Source of the DNA: a virus
DNA length: 64,000 nt
Virus record (IMG/VR): IMGVR_UViG_3300022895_000010
Direction: 5' to 3' (one strand)
In this document: in pieces, positions 1 through 9,689 of the stretch
Position numbering within the stretch: position 1 is the stretch's first letter
Layout of the letters: the number at the start of each line of letters is the position of its first letter
Translations under genes and position numbers: made by a program
Notes under the pieces: model-generated
Seen by the model: the letters and a program-made list of their open reading frames with translations, nothing else
What the model was told of the DNA's origin: nothing
Databases searched by the model: none

Positions 1-34
1 TCTCCTTTTATATTTATGTAACGATTTATGCTAA

Positions 35-46
35 TAATTAATTGTT
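35..46 (-). promoter_or_regulatory. AR9-type late promoter motif AACA-N6-TA for a gene left of the window
   Basis: Minus strand reads AACAattaatTA; an AAGGAGA RBS follows at the window edge (1-7). Confidence 0.45.
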
Positions 47-57
47 GAGAAAAAAAA

Positions 58-94
58 AATAAAGAATCGATTTATTGAAAACCGATTCTTTATT
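58..94. terminator. intrinsic terminator after gyrA, possibly bidirectional
   Basis: Inverted repeat aataaagaatcg...cgattctttatt flanked by A and T tracts. Confidence 0.7.
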
Positions 95-104
95 TTTATA
101 TTGT

Positions 105-2525
105 TTAAATCATGCAAGCATCTAGGATAGTTTCCTTGTCTGCTAAACGTTTAATAATTACTCCATATGCTGGACGTAATAAGAACTTGATATCTGCTGT
201 ATTAATATTGATAATACTTGTATTAGATATTACTACCATGTTAGACTCTTCATTGAATGATAGACATTTAACTGCTTTATCATCACCTTTAAGTCTGATA
301 GCAATACGTCCTTTACCTGCTCTTCTTTGAGGTGGGAATTCATCCATACTTACTTTCTTACCTAGACCATCTCTAGTCATTACAACAATACCTTTAGTAT
401 CTTCTGTTACTACATTTAATGATGCAATAACATTATCTTCATTAATTTCAGAAGCATCAAAGATATTAGAACCAAAAGTAGGACGTAATGTTACTGGGAT
501 CTCAGTCTTATCAAAGTGAATTGCATTACCTTTAGAATTTAATGCTAATACAGAGAAGTCATTATTAATATTCTCAGCTTCAACAGCAATTACTTCATCA
601 CCATCATTTAATTTAGTTGCAATCATTCCAGACTTACCTAAACGTTTAAATTCTAGAATAGATGTTAATTTAATTTTACCCATCTTAGTTGCAATCAATA
701 AATGGATATCTTCATTTTTCAATTCATCATTTGTGATGTTAATAATATTTACAACAGTCTCACCGTTTACAAGATGTGAGATATTAGATCCAAATGATTG
801 AATAGAAGTATCTTGTAGTTCATAACACTTGTAAGCATATACTTTACCAGTATTTGTAAACATCAAGATGTTATCTTTAGAATTTACTTGTAAGATAGAT
901 TTAGCAACATCATCTTCTTTAATTCTACCGATATTAAGTCCTTTACCTCCACGCTTCTGATCTTTAATATTACTTTCAATCTTCTTAAGGTAGTTATTTC
1001 TTGTAAAGATAATTAAGTAATTTTTATCAGGAATAATTGTCTCAATATTAAGTGAATCTTTAGTATTAATATTGCTTACATTTGTAGTTTGTTTTGCTTT
1101 ACCATATTTCTTTCCAAGAGCTGTTAATTCATCAATGATATATCCATCAATTTTAGACGGATTAGATAAATATGAAACTTCATCATCTACTTTAGCTTGT
1201 AATTCATCTCTCTCTTTAGCGATTTCTTTAACCTCTAATTGATTGATACGAATTAGTTTAATATCAGTAATATGATCAACTTGTTTTTCTGTAAAGTCAT
1301 ATTTTTCCATTAATTTATCTTTAGCATGTTGTTTTGATTTAGCTTTCTTGATAATTTCAATTACAGTATCAATATTATCTGGATGTAGAGCAATTAATAA
1401 ACCATCTAGTAAATGAATACGATAGTTATGTTTACGGATATACTCCATTTTAATACGTTTAATAGTATCTTTACGATATTGAACCCAGTCCATAATTAGT
1501 TCTTTAATATCATCATAAATAATAAATTTATCATTCTTTGTTGCAATTAAATTAAATGCTAATGTTGTTTGACATTGTGTAAATTTATATAATTTATTTC
1601 TAACCATTTCTAAGTCAGCATCTTTTTTAACATAGATGTATAACTCAATATTACCAGCTCTAGATTCATTCTGAACGTCTTTTAATTCAGGGATTTGCTT
1701 CTCATCCCATGCTTCTTTAATTGATGCACGAATAGTACTAAGTTTCTTCATATAAGGAACACTTCTTAAAATTAGACGATGTTTCTTCTCATCAATATCA
1801 ATTGTAGAACGCATTACCATTTTACTAACACCTGTACGATAAGCATCTTTTGCTTCTTCAATATTAATAATCTCACAACCTGTTGGAATATCAGGATGGA
1901 AGTCAGCAATAAATTCTTCAATATCAATATCTGGATTCTTAATTAATTCAATTGTCTTACTAATTGTTTTAGCTACATTGTGCGGTGGAAAACATACTGA
2001 ATATCCTGCCGCAATACCAAACGCTCCATTAATAACGTACATTGGTAATTTAGCAGGAAGCGATGCTGGCTCTTTAGTAGTATTATCAAAGTTAGGTACA
2101 AAGTTAACTGAATTATCATTAAGATTATCTAACATTACTTCCTCTGCAAATTTATCCAAGCGTGCTTCTGTATAACGCATAGCGGCTGCTGGATCACCAT
2201 ATATAGTACCAAAATTACCATGTGGGTCTAATAAGATTTTACTATTTGAATAATCTTCAGTCATATTTACAATTGCATCATAGATAGAAGAATCACCTTT
2301 AGGGTGAAGTCTACCAATAACATCACCCACGATTCTTGCACTCTTCATATACTTTTTAGTAGAGCTTGCACCTAAATGATTCATAGAATATAAAATACGA
2401 CGATGAATAAGTTTTAAACCATCACGAACATCTGGAATTGCACGACGTAATAAAATCTCGTCATAATAATCAACCATATTATCTTTCTGAATATCACTTA
2501 AATCCTTTTCAATAATTCTAGACAT
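105..2525 (-). CDS. gyrA: DNA gyrase subunit A
   Basis: RAIPDVRDGLK, HPKGDSSIY, catalytic AAMRYTE, GyrA-box QKRGGKG and C-terminal pinwheel repeats. Confidence 0.95.
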   Translation of the reverse strand: MSRIIEKDLSDIQKDNMVDYYDEILLRRAIPDVRDGLKLIHRRILYSMNHLGASSTKKYMKSARIVGDVIGRLHPKGDSSIYDAIVNMTEDYSNSKILLDPHGNFGTIYGDPAAAMRYTEARLDKFAEEVMLDNLNDNSVNFVPNFDNTTKEPASLPAKLPMYVINGAFGIAAGYSVCFPPHNVAKTISKTIELIKNPDIDIEEFIADFHPDIPTGCEIINIEEAKDAYRTGVSKMVMRSTIDIDEKKHRLILRSVPYMKKLSTIRASIKEAWDEKQIPELKDVQNESRAGNIELYIYVKKDADLEMVRNKLYKFTQCQTTLAFNLIATKNDKFIIYDDIKELIMDWVQYRKDTIKRIKMEYIRKHNYRIHLLDGLLIALHPDNIDTVIEIIKKAKSKQHAKDKLMEKYDFTEKQVDHITDIKLIRINQLEVKEIAKERDELQAKVDDEVSYLSNPSKIDGYIIDELTALGKKYGKAKQTTNVSNINTKDSLNIETIIPDKNYLIIFTRNNYLKKIESNIKDQKRGGKGLNIGRIKEDDVAKSILQVNSKDNILMFTNTGKVYAYKCYELQDTSIQSFGSNISHLVNGETVVNIINITNDELKNEDIHLLIATKMGKIKLTSILEFKRLGKSGMIATKLNDGDEVIAVEAENINNDFSVLALNSKGNAIHFDKTEIPVTLRPTFGSNIFDASEINEDNVIASLNVVTEDTKGIVVMTRDGLGKKVSMDEFPPQRRAGKGRIAIRLKGDDKAVKCLSFNEESNMVVISNTSIININTADIKFLLRPAYGVIIKRLADKETILDACMI

Positions 2526-2555
2526 ATTAAATAATTCTCCTCTTGTTGTATATTT

Positions 2556-3242
2556 TTATTTTAACATTTCTTTTAATTCTTCTTCATATTTCCCCTCGGT
2601 AAACTCAACAAATGTTTTGTGTCCGATAAAGTAATTAATTTGCATATTAAAGTTTTCTATTTGAGTAAATAGATGTGTACCAGAACCAGACAGATTTGCA
2701 CTATTTTTAATTATTCCAATATCAAGAGTTCCATCTAATAACATTTCTACTACACGACCCGAATATTTAACTAATGATTCAATAAGTTCTTTTTCCATTT
2801 CATTCAATTGATTAAAGAAGAATGTACCAGTAATATCTTTAGTACCAGTTCCTGAATACTCTAGGAATAATCTTTCAATCCAACCAAGAGTTTTACTTCT
2901 TATTTTCATTTCAATATCAACATTTCTGATTGTAATATCATCTAAGATTTTATTGAAAGCTTTAAATGTGTTATAAGCTAGTGGTTCATCATCATTTTCA
3001 TAAGCCCAATACTTACCATTAACAATTGTATCAGCATTGTAATTTCCTTTAATGAAATTAACAAATAGATCTTTTACTAATTCATTTTCATTTAATTTCT
3101 CTATCACATATCTTTGGTACAATGGCAGATTTTGAAAAGCATGTTGTTCCATTATGCCAACATCTTTATTTCCACATAAATATATAATATAGTTTGATAA
3201 CCATTCAGGTGATTGTAAGTTAACTTTTTCTACTGCAGTCAT
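2556..3242 (-). CDS. hypothetical protein, PxW paralog family, internally duplicated
   Basis: ORF; N-terminal SPEWL, with a second W-containing half resembling 3242..3940. Confidence 0.7.
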   Translation of the reverse strand: MTAVEKVNLQSPEWLSNYIIYLCGNKDVGIMEQHAFQNLPLYQRYVIEKLNENELVKDLFVNFIKGNYNADTIVNGKYWAYENDDEPLAYNTFKAFNKILDDITIRNVDIEMKIRSKTLGWIERLFLEYSGTGTKDITGTFFFNQLNEMEKELIESLVKYSGRVVEMLLDGTLDIGIIKNSANLSGSGTHLFTQIENFNMQINYFIGHKTFVEFTEGKYEEELKEMLK

Positions 3243-3940
3243 TATTTGTTCTCTCCCTTGTTTAATTCCATATATGATTTCTCAACTTGGTCATAAATAA
3301 AATCACCAACTATAGAAATAAATTTATTAATTTCATTTAATAGTTTTACATCTGAATCATTTCTTAACTTAGCATTATTATAAACATCATTTAAATTAAT
3401 AATACCTGTTAATAACTTATCTACTACTCTTTTTGAATCCTCATCAAGATATTTCAATAATTTAACTTTGTCCTCATTTCCTCCACCTTCAACGATTTTA
3501 ATTAAAGCGTTATCTGAAAGACATTTATATCCTGATGCTTTACATGATGTAATATAAGTATCTAACCAACTCTTAATTCTATTTTCAATTATTCCTTCTT
3601 TTTTAATTCTTCTTACTGCAAAATCGTCTAAAGCATCATTGAAATGCATAATATAATTGAATAACTTTTCATCATTCTTTTTCTCAAAGTTTCGTCTTAT
3701 CATAACCATAGGATCATAAATACCTAATAAAATATTATCAATAAATTCTTTTGTAATCTTATTCTCCTCTAATTCAACTAATAAACGTTGTCTAATTGCA
3801 GATAGATATGAGAATTGACCATTAACAACAATATTCTTATCCCCATTTTGAATAGAACTTCTTAAATAGATACCCATCCATTTAGGCATTTCTAAAACAG
3901 TAATCTCTTTCTCTTCTGCTTTATACGTGTGTTTAATCAT
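3242..3940 (-). CDS. hypothetical protein, PxW paralog family
   Basis: ORF with GGAGG RBS; MPKWM motif; coupled to the next gene. Confidence 0.7.
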   Translation of the reverse strand: MIKHTYKAEEKEITVLEMPKWMGIYLRSSIQNGDKNIVVNGQFSYLSAIRQRLLVELEENKITKEFIDNILLGIYDPMVMIRRNFEKKNDEKLFNYIMHFNDALDDFAVRRIKKEGIIENRIKSWLDTYITSCKASGYKCLSDNALIKIVEGGGNEDKVKLLKYLDEDSKRVVDKLLTGIINLNDVYNNAKLRNDSDVKLLNEINKFISIVGDFIYDQVEKSYMELNKGENK

Positions 3941-4127
3941 AAATAAATCTCCTCCAATAAATTATATATTATTATACAGATTTATAATATATTATTACAA
4001 AGTCATTTAAATTTTTAATAATTAATACTTATTAATATAAAATATTATCTATATTATAATTTATAAAAATAACTCATTTATGCTACAATTAATTATTCAA
4101 AAATTACCAAAAAAATAAAGACTATCA

Positions 4128-4949
4128 TTATAGATAGTCTTCCTCACTTAACCCTACATATTTTCTAAGGTTAGCAAGTTCTTTAAATATTTCTAGAGTT
4201 GACACTTTGTTATTAAATATATTTGCACTAAAATCTTTCTCTGCATCCAGTATGATATATGGTAATGCATCACCATTATACATTTCAAATTCATTAACAT
4301 CTATTTTATCTTTAGGATCACCTTTAAGAACGATATATTTATCATCAACTGGATTTCTTACTAATACTTTATAAGCATGGTACATGTTAACTTTCTTACC
4401 ATTGAAATTACCCATTAAAGACATTTTAAGATTAGAGGTTCTCTTTTCAACTATTTCTTCTTTAGTTAATACTTCTTTATCTATGTCTTCATATAAGAAA
4501 TCATAAATAGAATTAAAGAATGGATCTGAAATAATTTCACCTTCTCGGTTAATTGGCATTCTTTTTCTTTCACCAATTAGATACATGTATTCATCCTTAT
4601 CTCTCATTTCATCACATATCTTAGCTATTTCTTCAAAAATTGGAACAGCATTTCTATTAAAATCAGTTCCATATAAGAATAAATTCTCTATACAGAATTT
4701 ACCACTATTAATCTGCTCTAGAGAAAGGTTATGGATATTAGGATGCTGGAACTTAGTGATATCCAAATTATTATCTCTCTGTTTTAATACTAGTATTCTT
4801 CCATCAACTGGGTTCCTAGCTATAACATTTGTAGATATTTCAATAAATCTATAAGAGTATAATACCATATTTCTTAATTTAGAAATTAATTTATTTACAT
4901 CCACTAAAGCTTCTTTTCTGTTTTTATTTACATCTTCATATAATCCCAT
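4128..4949 (-). CDS. hypothetical protein with two RNPVD domains
   Basis: VIARNPVDGRILVLK and VLVRNPVDDKYIVLK; the same domain occurs at the C-terminus of 5022..6017. Confidence 0.7.
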   Translation of the reverse strand: MGLYEDVNKNRKEALVDVNKLISKLRNMVLYSYRFIEISTNVIARNPVDGRILVLKQRDNNLDITKFQHPNIHNLSLEQINSGKFCIENLFLYGTDFNRNAVPIFEEIAKICDEMRDKDEYMYLIGERKRMPINREGEIISDPFFNSIYDFLYEDIDKEVLTKEEIVEKRTSNLKMSLMGNFNGKKVNMYHAYKVLVRNPVDDKYIVLKGDPKDKIDVNEFEMYNGDALPYIILDAEKDFSANIFNNKVSTLEIFKELANLRKYVGLSEEDYL

Positions 4950-4985
4950 TATAATTACCTCTTTCGTTTTATATTTATAAAATAA

Positions 4986-5015
4986 GGAGGATACGTAACA
5001 AATAGGTATCCTCCT
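4986..5015 (-). terminator. stem-loop, probable terminator
   Basis: aggaggatac...gtatcctcct inverted repeat with a minus-strand T-rich tail. Confidence 0.55.
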
Positions 5016-5021
5016 GAATTA

Positions 5022-6017
5022 TTAGTATACTTCTTTTTTCTCATTGTAAAGTTCATATTCATCACATAATGATCTCAGTTCTTTAAAGAAATGTAATGCA
5101 TGGTCATCAAAGTCATCTTTTGTTAATAGTAAGTTTTCCATATCGAAGATAGGTGCAATATTATCATAATCTCTATCATCTTCAATAGTTCTTCCATGAT
5201 GCTCAAACTTACTTAAATCAATATCCTGTTTAGCCCAATTTTTTACTAGAAGTAATCTTCCATCAGTTGGGTTTTTAACAATAACATTTTTAGGACTAGT
5301 TACTATTCCTTTATGGTATTTAACCCATGTTTTAAGAAACATCTTGTTATCCTCAATCTTTTGTAAGATTGAAAATGTTTCCATACCTGTTTCTTTTTCT
5401 TTCTTTACAGGTGACGTATACTTCTTTTCTTTAACTCTATATGATTTACCATCTGTAGTAGTAATTATAGCATTGCTATTTTTAGTTAAGATATTTAATG
5501 CTTCTTTAAATTCAATTTCCTTTGGTTCTTCTACTTCAGCAGGTACTACATTTAAAGTATCACCTTCAAAATCATCTAAAGGTCTTCTTTTAATATGCTT
5601 AATTTCTATCTTTCTATCAGAATCTGAATTACTTGTTGAAAAATTAACTATCATATCAACACTATTAACCATTTTACTTGAGCTACCTAAATGCTCTTTT
5701 TCATACATTTTGCAGATTTCATTCATTCTTCGGATTGGTATGTATAGTGGATTAGATTCATTAACCATTATCTTAAATAGTGGTTGTAACTCATCTGCAT
5801 TGAAACCTAAAGTGCTTCCTAATCCCATTAAGTCTAGTAATAATTCTCTTGAATTAGGTTCAGTTAGTAAAGCGTTAATTAAATCCTTTTTCTGATAATC
5901 ATTTAAAGCAATTTTATCAGTTTCTTTTGTTAAACCTTCTGCTCTGTTCTTATACTTTCTTACATCCATAATAAATCCTTTAACCCATTCTGGTAAATTT
6001 AAAGTTACTTGTCTCAT
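5022..6017 (-). CDS. hypothetical protein, PxW family plus NPxDG domain
   Basis: LPEWV start, FKEALNIL..DGKSY module and VKNPTDGRLLLVK. Confidence 0.7.
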   Translation of the reverse strand: MRQVTLNLPEWVKGFIMDVRKYKNRAEGLTKETDKIALNDYQKKDLINALLTEPNSRELLLDLMGLGSTLGFNADELQPLFKIMVNESNPLYIPIRRMNEICKMYEKEHLGSSSKMVNSVDMIVNFSTSNSDSDRKIEIKHIKRRPLDDFEGDTLNVVPAEVEEPKEIEFKEALNILTKNSNAIITTTDGKSYRVKEKKYTSPVKKEKETGMETFSILQKIEDNKMFLKTWVKYHKGIVTSPKNVIVKNPTDGRLLLVKNWAKQDIDLSKFEHHGRTIEDDRDYDNIAPIFDMENLLLTKDDFDDHALHFFKELRSLCDEYELYNEKKEVY

Positions 6018-6044
6018 AATATTTATTCCCCTTTTATTTTAATT

Positions 6045-6323
6045 TTATTTTACTTCTTTATAAAGCATGAATATTGAATTTATTACTATGCGATTATTTT
6101 GATCAAATGTTGATGAGAACTTTAAATCTAATATCTTTAAAGTCATATCACATTCAGGACCAATGAATTTATTCATCTGATGTTCTGCTGTAACAACATT
6201 ATCATTAACAATTACATCTGTAAATATTTTTGGTTTAATTTCAGTATTATTAGCTATAATATTTATTGGATACATTTCACATTCCCCCCTAGTTATATAA
6301 AATAAACCACTAGCATATTTCAT
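6045..6323 (-). CDS. hypothetical protein
   Basis: ORF within a co-directional cluster. Confidence 0.5.
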   Translation of the reverse strand: MKYASGLFYITRGECEMYPINIIANNTEIKPKIFTDVIVNDNVVTAEHQMNKFIGPECDMTLKILDLKFSSTFDQNNRIVINSIFMLYKEVK

Positions 6324-6340
6324 ACTAGTGGTCTACTATA

Positions 6341-6817
6341 TTAATTTCCTTTGATTTTAACTTTTCTTCCACTATTCAATAAGATATATTGATAGTCTTT
6401 TTCTGAATTAACAATGCTTAGAAATTCATCAAATGATATAATTTCTACATTATCATCAACCATTGGTTCTTCTTCATCATTAATTACAGATATATGAGAT
6501 GGATCATGTTCAACGAATAATCGGTTAAGATGCACTATAGGTTCATAGATATATTCATCTTCATATACAAGAGTAATGAAAGCATCTCGTACATCTTCCT
6601 TGAAATAAGTGCCATTGCAGATACCATCAAAGACATCTGCAACAACATTATCATTTCTAATTTTATTCATTAACTCTAATTGAGTTCCAGTTAATTTAGG
6701 ACTTAATTCAAACATGCCATTCAGGAATTCACCTTTATTAGCATACTTTCTAAGTTCTTTCATATAAAATTTAAGCCATTCTGGTGCAATTAATTTTGTT
6801 TTAGCTTTAACTACCAT
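6341..6817 (-). CDS. hypothetical protein, PxW family (start likely 6817)
   Basis: GAGGAGG RBS before MVVKAK; APEWLKFY motif. Confidence 0.7.
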   Translation of the reverse strand: MVVKAKTKLIAPEWLKFYMKELRKYANKGEFLNGMFELSPKLTGTQLELMNKIRNDNVVADVFDGICNGTYFKEDVRDAFITLVYEDEYIYEPIVHLNRLFVEHDPSHISVINDEEEPMVDDNVEIISFDEFLSIVNSEKDYQYILLNSGRKVKIKGN

Positions 6818-6818
6818 A

Positions 6819-7262
6819 TTAATTTTCCTCCTCTTCTTTAATCGTAATCTTCTTACCATTACGTAATTCAATATGTGAATAATTACCGCTTAGAAGAAGC
6901 TCTAATACTTGTTTAAGAGTGCGTTCTTCTACTTGATTGTTCAATGTTGTTGTAGCGTTTGTATTAACTGCAGTAATGCTCTTGAATAATTCATTAATCT
7001 TTACTACACCAGGATATAATTCATCGTAATCAAAGTAAGTTTTATTTAAAACACTTACTGGATGCTTAGATTGAAAAATAGTATCCATTAACTTTTTCAT
7101 ATCTGAGCTTTCTTGAATCGTTTTAAGTACTTGCTTTTGTTCTTTATCTAATTGTTGATGATTTACCATAGTAGTAAAGAATCCTTCACCTCTATTTTTA
7201 CCTTTACTAACATTAACCGCATAATTTTTTAACCATTCTGGAATTTCAATTGTAATTGACAT
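6819..7262 (-). CDS. hypothetical protein, PxW family
   Basis: IPEWLKNY; C-terminal LKQVLELL..RNGKKITIK module. Confidence 0.7.
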   Translation of the reverse strand: MSITIEIPEWLKNYAVNVSKGKNRGEGFFTTMVNHQQLDKEQKQVLKTIQESSDMKKLMDTIFQSKHPVSVLNKTYFDYDELYPGVVKINELFKSITAVNTNATTTLNNQVEERTLKQVLELLLSGNYSHIELRNGKKITIKEEEEN

Positions 7263-7284
7263 CCTAATATACCCCCTTGTAAAT

Positions 7285-7839
7285 TTAATTTAATTTAAAC
7301 TTCTTACCATTACGCACTATGTAATCATAGTCATCGTTAAAGATGATCTTAAGACCTTCTTTAAAATTCATTTCTTCTATTACATCTTTCTCACCTCCTA
7401 AAACAGCTCTATCAAAATCTGTCATTTCATCCAATTTCTCTTCTTTTATTTTACCATATGTAAAATAATTCATATAAAGAGGAAATCCCTTTTGTTTTAA
7501 TATTTGTTTTAATGTAAAATTTGTATTAACGAGTAGTAAACTAAAGTTATATAATTTTTCAAATTTATCATTAAAGCTTTCATAATACACTGAACCGTCT
7601 ATTTGATCTATAGTTTGACATTTCAGTGTATGCTCAAAGAAATATTTGGAATCATTACTTTCCATGATTTCTTTAATTGCATTACCAATATCCTTTTGCA
7701 TATTGTTAATGTATTCTTGTAAAAGTTCAGGATTTAATTCTTTATAAGCAATTAAGAAATCCTTAAACCATTTTGGTAAATTTAAATGTAAGCTTCTACT
7801 ACCTTGATTATTTTTAATCATAATAAATTTTCCTCTCAT
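7285..7839 (-). CDS. hypothetical protein, PxW family (start may be 7821)
   Basis: LPKWFKDF; C-terminal FKEGLKII..RNGKKFKL module. Confidence 0.7.
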   Translation of the reverse strand: MRGKFIMIKNNQGSRSLHLNLPKWFKDFLIAYKELNPELLQEYINNMQKDIGNAIKEIMESNDSKYFFEHTLKCQTIDQIDGSVYYESFNDKFEKLYNFSLLLVNTNFTLKQILKQKGFPLYMNYFTYGKIKEEKLDEMTDFDRAVLGGEKDVIEEMNFKEGLKIIFNDDYDYIVRNGKKFKLN

Positions 7840-7972
7840 TTATCCTTATTTTTAATATATACGTAAGTTAAGACATTTGTTATAATTAACAATGCCGCTA
7901 ATATTGTCATATCACTCATATCTTTATCTAACAATCCACGATCATAACACCTACATATATCGCTTATTTGTG

Positions 7973-8935
7973 TCAATCGTTATTGCTCCCCATTATTAGT
8001 CCAAGTTCATTTACTGTTTTATACGTAAGATTATCAAGTATTTCAGTATTATTAGTTCCATAATAAAGTTCTTCCTCTAATCCTTTATAAAATCTTGCTA
8101 ATTCAATTTTTCTTATTAAAGGATCATAGGTAAAGTCAATTAGTTCTCCTTCCTTAAATCCTTCCTTACTAGCTTCTTGTCTCTTTTCATAAAGATTAAT
8201 TTCGGCTAATTCATCATTATCTGTAATGAAGAATGATTTCTTATTTCCTTCTTTTACAATTAGTTTACATTCACCACTTAATAAGTCATCTAAAGCATCT
8301 GTAAAGGATACTAACATACTACATACTTTTCCTACATTATGAGTATTTATTAACTTTCCTCTGTATGGAAAAATATCTACCCCAGTCATTGCATTTATTG
8401 CTTGTTTTTGTTTGTCTGTTACTCCTTCTAGAATCATAAGTTCTTTATTACTTTTTATCTTGTCTAATGCTCTTCTCGTATCAGCATCATTTTCTTCTTG
8501 TTCTGCTAATACAACTTCTCTTGCTTTAATAGATGTAGCATACTGCTTAGGTTTAAGGAACTTAGGATCGATTTCAGATTTAGACTTACTCTTTTTAAAT
8601 CTTTTTGGATTATCTAAATCTTCATTATCGCTAGCTTTTAATATTTCATCCCTTCTATCACTGATTCTCTTAATCATTTCATAATGTTCATCACCTTCTT
8701 TGAATGTTTTCATTTTAAGTGTATGAAGCATGATTTCATTATTGAAAATCTTATAAATAAATTCCTCTAATTCTTTATCACCATTAACAAATGCTTTCAT
8801 TAATTCTTGTAGATCTTCAGATTGCTTAAAAATATCCATCTTAAAAGCATGTGTATTATACTCATCTGAATGTAATTGTAAATCCTCTGCAAACACCATA
8901 ATCCACATTGGTAAACGTAATTGTAATTCTTTCAT
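7973..8935 (-). CDS. hypothetical protein, PxW family
   Basis: LPMWIMVF; FTDALDDLLSG module; GGAGG RBS. Confidence 0.7.
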   Translation of the reverse strand: MKELQLRLPMWIMVFAEDLQLHSDEYNTHAFKMDIFKQSEDLQELMKAFVNGDKELEEFIYKIFNNEIMLHTLKMKTFKEGDEHYEMIKRISDRRDEILKASDNEDLDNPKRFKKSKSKSEIDPKFLKPKQYATSIKAREVVLAEQEENDADTRRALDKIKSNKELMILEGVTDKQKQAINAMTGVDIFPYRGKLINTHNVGKVCSMLVSFTDALDDLLSGECKLIVKEGNKKSFFITDNDELAEINLYEKRQEASKEGFKEGELIDFTYDPLIRKIELARFYKGLEEELYYGTNNTEILDNLTYKTVNELGLIMGSNND

Positions 8936-8993
8936 TTTAAATTCCTCCAGTTTAGTTATATATTATAAATTATATGGACTACTTCGATTTCAG

Positions 8994-9536
8994 CTAATGA
9001 GAGTAGTCTCTAGTTTCTAAGCTATGTTTAACCTCATTATAATCAATACATAATTCATTTAATAAGTCACTAGTAAGATTTGCATCTTTAAGTTCACCTG
9101 TACCGTCTTCATTCTTAAAGAGGTGTTTTAATTTACCATTAGCAATAAATAAATATTCAGGCTTATCTTTCAATTCAATAACTTTTACTTTGTTAGCTTT
9201 CATTAATTGTAGACCTTGTAATACAGTGAAAGTAGGTTCTTCTTTCTTCTTAACAGTTGTATAAGATTTAGAACCATCAGCTTTTACTTTACTTTCTCTA
9301 ATTACTTTTCCAATTAAATCAATTACATTCATAGTAGCCATTTTCTTTTGAATTCGATATTGTAGTGTAAAGTCTTTCATACCATCTACTTCTTCTTTAA
9401 GTTTTTTATAAATAAATAATTCATCTTTACCTTCATATTTCTTATTCAGTGTTTCAATAAACTCAACGATTGCATTTTCTGTAATGTTTGTCATAATAAT
9501 CTCTCCATTTTTTATATATTTGTAGGTGTAATACAA
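8994..9536 (-). CDS. hypothetical protein
   Basis: ORF; C-terminal module related to its neighbours. Confidence 0.6.
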   Translation of the reverse strand: MYYTYKYIKNGEIIMTNITENAIVEFIETLNKKYEGKDELFIYKKLKEEVDGMKDFTLQYRIQKKMATMNVIDLIGKVIRESKVKADGSKSYTTVKKKEEPTFTVLQGLQLMKANKVKVIELKDKPEYLFIANGKLKHLFKNEDGTGELKDANLTSDLLNELCIDYNEVKHSLETRDYSH

Positions 9537-9647
9537 TTATCGGATCATACAAAACCGTTAAAAATATCCACGATTTGTATAAATTATAATTGTATTACAT
9601 AGTTATAATATGTACTTAAAACCTCTGTAAAAACGGTTAAAAAAAAA

Positions 9648-9684
9648 ATAGAATAGAGAAGTAATTATCTCTATTCTATTTCTA
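9648..9684 (-). terminator. intrinsic terminator
   Basis: aatagaatagag...ctctattctatt with a long T tract on the minus strand. Confidence 0.7.
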
Positions 9685-9689
9685 TTATG